Made by a program: the position numbers and the translations under genes
Source of the DNA: Halobellus marinus
Lineage (GTDB): Archaea; Halobacteriota; Halobacteria; Halobacteriales; Haloferacaceae
Direction: 5' to 3'
NCBI RefSeq assembly: GCF_032113415.1
Contig: NZ_CP134946.1
Coordinates: forward strand, 1,614,333 to 1,654,332
DNA length: 40,000 nucleotides
Part shown: piece by piece, positions 8,453 through 15,132 of the stretch
How positions within the stretch are numbered: the stretch's first letter is position 1
Layout of the letters: each line of letters opens with the position of its first letter
The notes under the pieces: model-generated
Told to the model about the DNA's origin: nothing
Database searches by the model: none
What the model saw: only the letters and a program-made list of their open reading frames with translations

Positions 8453-9052
8453 ATGTACGAGGTCGAGATCAAGGTCCCCGCGTCCCACGATGCCGTCCGC
8501 CCGGCCCTGCTCGACGCCGACGCCGAGCGGGTCGAGCGGGTCAGACAGGTAGACACCTACTACGACGCTCCCCACCGCGATTTCGCCGAGACCGACGAGG
8601 CGCTCCGACTGCGTCGGGAGATGCGCGAGTCGGACTCCGGATCCAACGACGGACCGAACAGCGACGCCGAAACGGCGATACTCACCTACAAGGGCCCGCT
8701 GGTCGACGCGGACTCGAAGACGCGGGAGGAACACGAGACGGTCGTCGCCGACGGCGACGGCGCCGCGGCGGTGTTCGACGGCCTGGGCTTCGAGCCGGCG
8801 GCCGTCGTCGAGAAGGAGCGGGAGTTCTTCGCCCTCGACGGCTACACGGTCACCCTCGACAGCGTCACCGACCTCGGCGAGTTCGTCGAGATCGAAGGGC
8901 ACGCCGAGGACAGCGCGGACGTCGCCGCCGTCAGAGATGGCGCGGCGGGGGTCCTCAGACGGCTCGGGCTGGAACCGGCCGATCAGATCAGGACCTCGTA
9001 CCTCGGTCTGCTGCTCGACGGCGAGAACTCGGAGTCACCGGGCGGCGAGTGA
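8453..9052 (+). CDS. cyaB: CYTH-domain protein / class IV adenylyl cyclase (CyaB-like triphosphate tunnel metalloenzyme)
   Basis: The N-terminal 'MYEVEIKV' carries the ExExK CYTH signature; also 'LRLR', 'LTYKGP' and 'GEFVEIE'. Start set at the in-frame ATG 8453 rather than the track start 8309. Confidence 0.8.
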   Translation: MYEVEIKVPASHDAVRPALLDADAERVERVRQVDTYYDAPHRDFAETDEALRLRREMRESDSGSNDGPNSDAETAILTYKGPLVDADSKTREEHETVVADGDGAAAVFDGLGFEPAAVVEKEREFFALDGYTVTLDSVTDLGEFVEIEGHAEDSADVAAVRDGAAGVLRRLGLEPADQIRTSYLGLLLDGENSESPGGE

Positions 9053-9158
9053 GTCGACCCCGCTGGCCGGGAGGCGACTCTCGCATACACTCGGGTTATA
9101 ATATCTGGATCGAAATTTTCCGCAAGTTATAGAACACGCGGGACAGAAGGCCAGCACA

Positions 9159-10364
9159 ATGACTGAGCGGAACATTACGATCGAGGCTGCAGACCGGGAC
9201 GCCGTCGAGGATCAGGCGGTGGAGATCGTCGAGCGGAAGGGCATCGGCCATCCGGACTCGATCTGCGACGGGATCGCAGAGCACGTCTCGCGGGCGCTCT
9301 CACAGCTCTATCTCGACCGCGTCGGCCGCGTCCTCCACTACAACACCGACGAAACTCAGCTGGTCGCCGGCGAGTCGGCGCCCCGCTTCGGCGGCGGTGA
9401 GGTCGTCGAACCGATCTACGTCCTGATCGTCGGCCGCGCGACGAAGAGTTACGACGGGCAGCGGCTTCCGATCGACGCGACTGCTCTCTCGGCCGCCCGC
9501 GAATATCTCAACGAGCACGTCCCCGAACTGGATGTTGGAACCGACATCGTCGTCGACACCCGCATCGGCGAGGGCTCCGGCGATCTCCAGGACGTCTTCA
9601 GCGAGGACAGCGCGGAGGTCCCGATGTCGAACGACACATCCTACGGCGTGGGTCACGCGCCGCTGACCGAAACCGAGGAGATCGTCCGGACCGTCGAGAC
9701 CGAACTCAACGGGCCCTACGCGGCCGACAACCCGGAACTCGGCCCCGACGTGAAGGTGATGGGCAAGCGCGAGGGTGAAAAGATCGACATCACGGTCGCG
9801 GCAGCGATGGTCGACACCCACATCGCGGATCTGGATGCGTACGACGACGCCGTCGAGCGCGTCCGCTCACACGTCGGCGACGTCGCCCGGGGGCTCACCG
9901 ACCGCGAGGTCCACGTCGACGTCAACACCGCCGACGACTACGACGAGGGATCGATCTACCTCACGGTGACCGGCACCAGCGCGGAGATGGGCGACGACGG
10001 CTCCGTCGGCCGCGGCAACCGCGCCAACGGACTCATCACGCCAAACCGGCCGATGAGTATGGAGGCGACCTCGGGGAAGAACCCCGTCAACCACATCGGG
10101 AAGATCTACAACCTGCTTTCGACCGACATCGCCGAGGCCGTCGTCGCGGAGGTCGACGGCATCCGCGACCTGCAGGTCCGACTCCTCTCACAGATCGGTC
10201 GTCCCATCGACGAGCCGCACGTTGCCGACGCGAAGGTCGTCACGGAACCGGGCGTCGACCTGGCGGCGATCGAACCGGAGATCCACGCGATCATCGACGA
10301 CCGGCTGGCCAACGTCACCGACGTTACGCGCCGCGTGATCGACGGCGACCTTTCGACGTTCTGA
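9159..10364 (+). CDS. metK: archaeal-type S-adenosylmethionine synthetase
   Basis: 401 aa. '[18 protein letters not shown]' and the overall sequence are typical of archaeal MAT. A TATA-like 'TTATAG' lies ~30 nt upstream of the ATG. Confidence 0.95.
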   Translation: MTERNITIEAADRDAVEDQAVEIVERKGIGHPDSICDGIAEHVSRALSQLYLDRVGRVLHYNTDETQLVAGESAPRFGGGEVVEPIYVLIVGRATKSYDGQRLPIDATALSAAREYLNEHVPELDVGTDIVVDTRIGEGSGDLQDVFSEDSAEVPMSNDTSYGVGHAPLTETEEIVRTVETELNGPYAADNPELGPDVKVMGKREGEKIDITVAAAMVDTHIADLDAYDDAVERVRSHVGDVARGLTDREVHVDVNTADDYDEGSIYLTVTGTSAEMGDDGSVGRGNRANGLITPNRPMSMEATSGKNPVNHIGKIYNLLSTDIAEAVVAEVDGIRDLQVRLLSQIGRPIDEPHVADAKVVTEPGVDLAAIEPEIHAIIDDRLANVTDVTRRVIDGDLSTF

Positions 10365-10446
10365 TACTGTCTGTCGTCGTCTCTCCGCAGTGCTCGCCGC
10401 TACCGGAGGGAGCGAGCACCCGAAAAAGGTACAACAGTCAGTATGA
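10362..10446 (+). repeat. 79-bp structured inverted-repeat element, copy C (TGA-flanked)
   Basis: TGA(10362-64)-[TACTGTCTGTCGT...GTGCTCG-CCGCTACCGG-AGGGAG-CGAGCAC...GAAAAAGG...ACAACAGTCAGTA]-TGA(10444-46). The 5' TGA is the metK stop codon. Same 79-bp core length and fold as copies A and B. Confidence 0.8.
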
Positions 10447-10471
10447 AGCGATTCGGCCTCCAACGTCGAGT

Positions 10472-11665
10472 GTGACGAACTCCTCGGATGCCACTCCGGA
10501 CGCGAACGGCCCGAACGCGGTCCTCGTCGGGTACGGCGACTTCGGAGCGAAGAGCAGCGGCGTCCGCGCGAAGATGGCAGAACGCGTCGCGGGCGAAATC
10601 GAGGCTGCGCTCGCCGCTGCCGGGATCGACGCGACGGTCGAGCGGCTGTGGTCACGGGTCGTGATACGGACTGATCGGCCGACTGACGCCGCGCAGATCG
10701 CCGCAACCCTCCCCGGTGTCTCCTTTGCTCGCCCGGCGGTCGCCGTCGACCCGCGATTGCCCGCGATCAGCGCGGCGGCCCGGCGGCTGGCGGCGGACGC
10801 ACACCCGCCCAAAGAGTCCTATGCGATCGACAGCGACCGGATCGGCCCAGCGGCGACACACGACTTCTCGAACCGCGACCTGAAGGTCGAGGTGGGACGC
10901 ATCGTCGGCGAGGCAACCGGTGCATCGGTCGATCTCGACGACCCGGACCGGACGTATCGGATCGAGGCACGGGAGACGGAAGCGTTCGTCTCCGCCCGTC
11001 GATTCGACGGTCCGGGTGGGCTGCCGGTCGGGACGCAGGGGCGCATCGCAGTCCTCGTTAGCGGCGGGATCGACTCCCCGGTGGCGATGTGGCGGCTGCT
11101 CCGCCGCGGCTGTGTCGCGATCCCAGTCTACGTTGATCTCGGCGAGTACGGCGGGGCCGATCATCGCGCGCGAGCAGTGGAGGTGATCGACACACTCGCC
11201 GAGCGGGCCCCACGAGCGGACCTCCGGCCCCGGGTTGTCGACGGCGCCGACCTGGTTGAGCTGGTCGTCGAATCCACGACGGCCACGCGAATGCTCTCGC
11301 TCCGGCGAGCGATGCTCGCGGCCGCCGAGAGTGTCGCCGAAGCAGAGGATGCTCACAGCCTCGCGACGGGCGAGGCGCTGGGCCAGAAGTCCAGTCAAAC
11401 CGCCCCGAACCTCGCAGTCACCGAGGCCGCCGTCCCGCTGCCCGTCCACCGACCGCTTTTGACCGTCGACAAGCCCGAAATCGTCGCGGAGGCGCGTGAT
11501 CTCGGGACCTACGCGGATGCGACCCTGCCGGTGGGTTGCGATCGAATCGCGCCGGCGCATCCGGAGACGAACGCGACGCTCGCGGCCGTCCGCGACGCTG
11601 AGCCGGACGATCTCCTCGAACTGGCGCACGCGGCTGGCGGGCAGGCCGAAATAGTATCCCGCTGA
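10472..11665 (+). CDS. thiI: tRNA sulfurtransferase ThiI (THUMP + PP-loop ATPase), no rhodanese domain
   Basis: 397 aa. PP-loop 'AVLVSGGIDSPVA'. The N-terminal 'VLVGYGDFGAKSSGVRAKM' is typical of a ThiI start region. GTG start with no in-frame upstream ATG. Confidence 0.85.
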   Translation: MTNSSDATPDANGPNAVLVGYGDFGAKSSGVRAKMAERVAGEIEAALAAAGIDATVERLWSRVVIRTDRPTDAAQIAATLPGVSFARPAVAVDPRLPAISAAARRLAADAHPPKESYAIDSDRIGPAATHDFSNRDLKVEVGRIVGEATGASVDLDDPDRTYRIEARETEAFVSARRFDGPGGLPVGTQGRIAVLVSGGIDSPVAMWRLLRRGCVAIPVYVDLGEYGGADHRARAVEVIDTLAERAPRADLRPRVVDGADLVELVVESTTATRMLSLRRAMLAAAESVAEAEDAHSLATGEALGQKSSQTAPNLAVTEAAVPLPVHRPLLTVDKPEIVAEARDLGTYADATLPVGCDRIAPAHPETNATLAAVRDAEPDDLLELAHAAGGQAEIVSR

Positions 11666-11669
11666 GCGC

Positions 11670-11794
11670 CTCTCAGTCGGGATCGTTCAGAGACCTCTCG
11701 ATCAGGCGCGTCTGACCGCCGTCCGATCCGGACCGCACAGACGTCTCTCAGTCAGGCGCGTCCGACCGTCACCTGATCTGAGCCGTGTGAACGT
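11670..11794. repeat. imperfect tandem repeat (two ~50-bp units plus a 25-bp partial) carrying a dyad-symmetric word
   Basis: Units start at 11695 and 11745 ('CTCTCGATCAGGCGCGTCTGACCG...' versus 'CTCTCAGTCAGGCGCGTCCGACCG...'). A partial unit starts at 11670. The dyad 'TCAGGCGCGTCTGA' is at 11702-11715. Confidence 0.7.
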
Positions 11795-11835
11795 GTACCG
11801 ACTGACGTTGTGTGTCTGTTCACCTTCCCTCGCGA

Positions 11836-11849
11836 GATCGTTAACGATC
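11836..11849. promoter_or_regulatory. perfect 14-bp palindrome upstream of a small Zn-protein gene (candidate operator)
   Basis: 'GATCGTTAACGATC' is its own reverse complement and lies ~67 nt upstream of ATG 11916. The regulatory role is inferred. Confidence 0.35.
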
Positions 11850-11915
11850 GATACTATCTGTGTGAAAGACCGGGTTGAAATGGATTTAGGTACTTCCAGG
11901 CCCTACGTTTGTTTG

Positions 11916-12185
11916 ATGTCAAAGACGTGCCGTCCCTCCCCGTCGACCGTCGACGCGGAGTGGACCGTGAGGCAAGTGGTCCCGCGCTCCGACTGGGACG
12001 CCGCTGTCGAGCCGTGCCCCACCTGCGGCGACGATGTCGACCGCCGCGAGTCGCACTATCAGGTCGAACTCGATCGCAAGCGGACGCCCGGACAGGAGAT
12101 GAAACTGACGCGGGAGCGGCGACTGCTCTCCTTCTGCGATGAGGCCTGTGCGACAGCGTGGCTCGACAGTGCCGCGAGCCCCTGA
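11916..12185 (+). CDS. small zinc-binding protein (CxxC ... FCxxxC, TRASH/zinc-ribbon-like)
   Basis: Internal ATG of track ORF 11787..12185, giving 89 aa (MSKTCRPSP...). Motifs 'CPTCGDDV' and 'SFCDEACATAW'. A TATA-like 'ATTTAGG' lies ~30 nt upstream. Confidence 0.55.
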   Translation: MSKTCRPSPSTVDAEWTVRQVVPRSDWDAAVEPCPTCGDDVDRRESHYQVELDRKRTPGQEMKLTRERRLLSFCDEACATAWLDSAASP

Positions 12186-12267
12186 TACTGATTACTCTCA
12201 CTTGTTACCGTCGAGCACCGCCAGCGGGGATGCGCTCGGCGGGAAAAGACGAGAGTAATCAGTATGA
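12183..12267 (+). repeat. 79-bp structured inverted-repeat element, copy A (TGA-flanked)
   Basis: TGA(12183-85)-[TACTGATTACTCTC AC TTGTTA CCGTCGAGC A CCGCCAGCGG GGATGC GCTCGGCGG GAAAAGAC GAGAGTAATCAGTA]-TGA(12265-67). The outer stem is 14-15 bp and perfect. The 5' TGA is the stop of the upstream gene. Confidence 0.85.
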
Positions 12268-12338
12268 GTCCCGCAGTTCTCCGCCGTCTCCTCTCCCGCA
12301 CCGCAACCGATATATGAGTTCCTCTCTCCAGCACAACC

Positions 12339-12797
12339 GTGACGCGGGTCTGTTTCGTCGGAGCGCCGGACGTCAACGTCCAGTACGAACTGCTCTCCCG
12401 TGAGACGGCCCGCGAGGCGCTCTCCACGTACGAGCGGCACACACCTTTCGAGAACTCGCTTGCCGTCGATACGGTGAGTCTGGGTGCGGCCGTCTCGCTG
12501 TGTAACGACCTGAACTGGTACCTCGTTCGGTTCGTCGATCTCACGCTCGTCCGCGAGCCGAGCGTCGCGGCCGACGAGTGGCTGAGCCGCTCGCTCGCGA
12601 CGGCGATCCGCGATGGCGACGTCCAACCCGAGGAGACCGGCGAGCTGCTCGCGGTCTACGGGCTGGAGGGCGGCCGCCCGGTCGAGCCGATGTACGTCAC
12701 GCGTCGCCCCGACGGCACCGTCCCCGCCTACGATCTCCGCCCGGTCGAGGAGACGGTCGTCGTCCGCGTGACCGAAGCGGAGTTCGACGCCGTCTGA
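12339..12797 (+). CDS. conserved-looking hypothetical protein, function unknown
   Basis: 152-aa ORF with a GTG start ~27 nt downstream of a 'GATATATGA' TATA box. Acidic, globular-looking composition and high GC3. Confidence 0.6.
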   Translation: MTRVCFVGAPDVNVQYELLSRETAREALSTYERHTPFENSLAVDTVSLGAAVSLCNDLNWYLVRFVDLTLVREPSVAADEWLSRSLATAIRDGDVQPEETGELLAVYGLEGGRPVEPMYVTRRPDGTVPAYDLRPVEETVVVRVTEAEFDAV

Positions 12798-12941
12798 CGT
12801 CGGGTTGCCGTCGCCGTTTTGACCCGCGAAACCGGGCCATTTGTCCCGTCTGACGCCTGTCAGCCGTCTCCGATCCCATCGCGGCAGCTCCGGGGTCGTT
12901 CGCAGCGAACAATTAAGATGCACGCTCCCGACCATCGGCAT

Positions 12942-13259
12942 ATGGACGAAACCCCACAGAAGATGACCAACCTCGTCGGCCGCGAGGTGTACTCGAACGA
13001 AGGCGTCTTCGTCGGCGAGGTCGCCGACGTCAGGCTCGATCTCGTCGATCGACAGGCGGTCACCGGACTCGCGCTCACGCAGGTCAACAACGAACTGTTC
13101 GGCGATCTGGTAACCTCCGAGAAAGGCGTCATCCTCCCGTACCGGTGGATTCGCGCCGTCGGCGATGTCATCCTCGTCAACGACGTTACCCTCCACGACG
13201 TCATCGAGGAGATGTCCGGACCAGTCGGCGACCCCGACGAGGACTCCGCAGTCGCGTAA
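12942..13259 (+). CDS. PRC-barrel domain protein
   Basis: 'LVGREVYSNEGVFVGEVADVRLDL' is a PRC-barrel-like pattern. Start chosen at ATG 12942, ~27 nt downstream of 'AATTAAG'. ATG 12918 is an alternative. Confidence 0.7.
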   Translation: MDETPQKMTNLVGREVYSNEGVFVGEVADVRLDLVDRQAVTGLALTQVNNELFGDLVTSEKGVILPYRWIRAVGDVILVNDVTLHDVIEEMSGPVGDPDEDSAVA

Positions 13260-13361
13260 CCGGTTCGTCCCCGTCCTGGCTTCCGGGCTGTCTCTTCTCG
13301 TGGCTGATCGATCCCACCGCCGACCAACAGCCATTTGCGGGGGGAGACTGAACTCAGGGGT

Positions 13362-13811
13362 ATGTCGGACGACACAGACGACCCCGCCGAGGGGAACGAT
13401 GCCGAGGAAACGCCGGACGCCGAGAAAGCGTCGGACGCCGAGTCCGAAGCCGAGGAGAAATCCTTCCGCGAACGCGTCGAGGAGATCCGCGAACGGCGCG
13501 AGGAGGAACGCGAAGAAGGCGACCGCCCCGACCCCGAGGAGATGATGGGCGGCGGTGGCGGCGGCAACCCCTTCGCACAGATGATGAGCGGAATGATGGG
13601 CGGCGGTGGCGGCCCGCCGGGGATGGGCGGCGGTGGCGGCCCGCCGGGAATGGGCGGCGGTGGCGGCCCGCCGGGGCGAAGCGGCCAGGAGGAAAGCGGC
13701 GCTGACAACGAGGAACTCGTTCGCGAGGTCCGACAGCTCCGTGACGAGGTCCGCGACGCGACGCGACAGCTCCAGCGGATCGCGCAAGCGGTCGAGGACC
13801 TCGACGACTAA
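13362..13811 (+). CDS. acidic protein with central Gly/Met/Pro-rich repeats and C-terminal coiled coil, function unknown
   Basis: Internal ATG of ORF 13335..13811 (MSDDTDDPAEG...). Central 'MMGGGGGGNPFAQMMSGMMGGGGGPPGMGGGGGPPGMGGGGGPPG'. C-terminal 'LVREVRQLRDEVRDATRQLQRIAQAVEDL'. Confidence 0.65.
   Translation: MSDDTDDPAEGNDAEETPDAEKASDAESEAEEKSFRERVEEIRERREEEREEGDRPDPEEMMGGGGGGNPFAQMMSGMMGGGGGPPGMGGGGGPPGMGGGGGPPGRSGQEESGADNEELVREVRQLRDEVRDATRQLQRIAQAVEDLDD
13596..13676 (+). repeat. near-perfect 27-bp tandem repeat x3 inside a CDS (encodes MGGGGGPPG x3)
   Basis: 'ATGGGCGGCGGTGGCGGCCCGCCGGGG' occurs at 13596, 13623 and 13650. The units differ at one nucleotide only. Confidence 0.9.
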
Positions 13812-13842
13812 GTTCCGCTCCCGTCTTCTGCCCGTCCGCTGA

Positions 13843-14979
13843 CTACTCGGCGACCGGCCGAGTGCGGTTTTTGCCGACGACCCGCTCGTAGAGTGCCGAC
13901 AGTTCGTCGACCGCGTGTTCGACGCTCATCTCCTCGCGACGGTCCAGACAGGCCGCCGAAAGCGCTGCCCGTTCGTCGAGGACGCGATCGATCGCCTCGC
14001 GACAGGCCGCGACGTCGCCGGGGTCGTAGTGGTAGCCCGTAACGCCGGATTCGACCGTGTTCGAGAGCGCCCCGGCGTCGACAGCGATGACGGGCGTCCC
14101 GCAGGCGTTCGCCTCCAGGGCGACGAGCCCCTGCGTCTCGACCGGACTCGGGAAGACGAACGCGTCGAGCGCGGAGTAAAACGCGGGCAACTCCTCGCGC
14201 GGCAGGAAGCCGAGGAAGCGTGCGTCGAGGTCGAGGTCGGCCGCGAGCGCTTCGAGGTCGTCCCGCGCAGGGCCGTCACCGCCGACGACGACCGTGGCAT
14301 CGATCCCGGCGGCGGCTCGCAGAAACTCCGAGAGGTTCTTCTCGTACCCGTGCCGGCCGGTATAGCCGACCAGCGGTCCCGCAGGGAGGTTGTGGCGATC
14401 CCGGAACGGTTCCGGATCCGTCGGGCCGAAGAAGTCGATATCGACGCCGTTCGGAACGACGACCGCTGGCGTGTCGGGGTCGAGTTCGTCGGCGACCCGG
14501 GCTCTCGTGTCCTCGCTGGGACAGACGACCGCATCGGCACGGGAGAGGAACCACTGCTCGTACCGCTCGGCAAGCCGTTCGATGCCATACTCGACGCGCG
14601 GGCGGGAGGTGAGATAATCCGCGTATTCGGCGGTCGGGGTGTGATAGGAGGTCACGAGCGGCAGGTCCTTCCTGCGGGCGAGCCGGACGCCGCCGAGGCC
14701 GACCGCGAAGGGCGTGTGCGCGTGGACGAGGTCGACGTCCGTCGCCGCAGACGGAATATGGGGGGTGCCGAGGCGGAACCCCTCGTACATCGGAAACGGG
14801 AGGCTCCGAACGGGATACTCCCCGCTGTCGGGATCGTAGTCGTCGCTCGCGGGGTAGACGACTCGCATCGTCCCGCCGCGGTCCTCCCAGCGGTCGCGCC
14901 ACGTCTGGACGGTGTAGGACACGCCGTTGACAGTGGGGAGATAGGTGTCGGTGAACGCGGCGACCGAGACGGGTGCCAT
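13843..14979 (-). CDS. glycosyltransferase, GT4 (GT-B fold) family
   Basis: 378 aa. The N-terminal 'FTDTYLPTVNGVSYTV' and C-terminal 'FPSPVETQGLVALEANACGTPVI' (E-x7-E-like motif) are typical of GT4. A 'GATTAAC' box lies ~27 nt upstream of the ATG. Confidence 0.85.
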   Translation of the reverse strand: MAPVSVAAFTDTYLPTVNGVSYTVQTWRDRWEDRGGTMRVVYPASDDYDPDSGEYPVRSLPFPMYEGFRLGTPHIPSAATDVDLVHAHTPFAVGLGGVRLARRKDLPLVTSYHTPTAEYADYLTSRPRVEYGIERLAERYEQWFLSRADAVVCPSEDTRARVADELDPDTPAVVVPNGVDIDFFGPTDPEPFRDRHNLPAGPLVGYTGRHGYEKNLSEFLRAAAGIDATVVVGGDGPARDDLEALAADLDLDARFLGFLPREELPAFYSALDAFVFPSPVETQGLVALEANACGTPVIAVDAGALSNTVESGVTGYHYDPGDVAACREAIDRVLDERAALSAACLDRREEMSVEHAVDELSALYERVVGKNRTRPVAE

Positions 14980-15036
14980 CGGCGGCGATTCACGGACGCG
15001 GGGTTAATCAGTTGCGGAACCGGCGTCGGAGTCGAC

Positions 15037-15132
15037 GGTGCGGCCGTCCCGTATGGTGTCGGGGTCTACCGGCCGGCCTGCATAGTGTCAGGTCTACCGG
15101 CCGGCCTGCATAGTGTCAGGTCTACCGGCCGT
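15037..15132. repeat. 28-bp tandem repeat (2 perfect units, 1 partial unit overlapping a stop codon, 1 degenerate unit)
   Basis: 'GGTCTACCGGCCGGCCTGCATAGTGTCA' occurs at 15063-15090 and 15091-15118. A partial unit at 15119-15132 includes the TAG stop (15122-24) and last codons of the GT gene. A degenerate copy lies at ~15037-15062. Confidence 0.9.

Noticed and set aside
8273-8902. N-terminal 210 codons of track ORF 7757..8902
   Set aside because: This part is antisense to the CYTH gene and crosses the AT-rich promoter region. A membrane-protein-like sequence begins only at ATG 8272.
9051-9080. Hairpin after the CYTH gene stop ('GAGTCG...CCCCGCTGGCCGGGAGG...CGACTC') as a fifth element copy
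   Set aside because: It has only a 6-bp stem and a loosely similar GC-rich loop. There are no outer arms, no GAAAAG and no TGA flank at the 3' side. The similarity may simply reflect GC-rich composition.
10362-10446. TGA + downstream hairpin as a recoding signal (SECIS-like selenocysteine or read-through element)
   Set aside because: Copies A, B and D have a second in-frame TGA two codons later. No Sec machinery is expected in Halobacteria. The hairpins lack SECIS features I can recognise.
12183-12267. C/D-box sRNA interpretation of the CUGA/UGAUAC words at the element termini
   Set aside because: There is no RUGAUGA C box on either strand. The termini form a long perfect helix rather than a short terminal stem with a k-turn, and there are no plausible guide regions.
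12198-13787. 529-aa minus ORF (and 282-aa 12860..13708) spanning three + strand genes
   Set aside because: It runs antisense through a PRC-barrel gene and the G/M-repeat gene. Its poly-Pro/Gly stretches are just the reverse complement of the GGM repeat, and it has no recognisable domain.
8357-15132. CRISPR array interpretation of the 29-bp (8357/8404) and 28-bp (15063-15132) repeats
   Set aside because: There are only 2-3 units. The 28-bp units are contiguous with no spacers, and the 29-bp pair has a single 18-nt spacer. No cas genes are present in the window.
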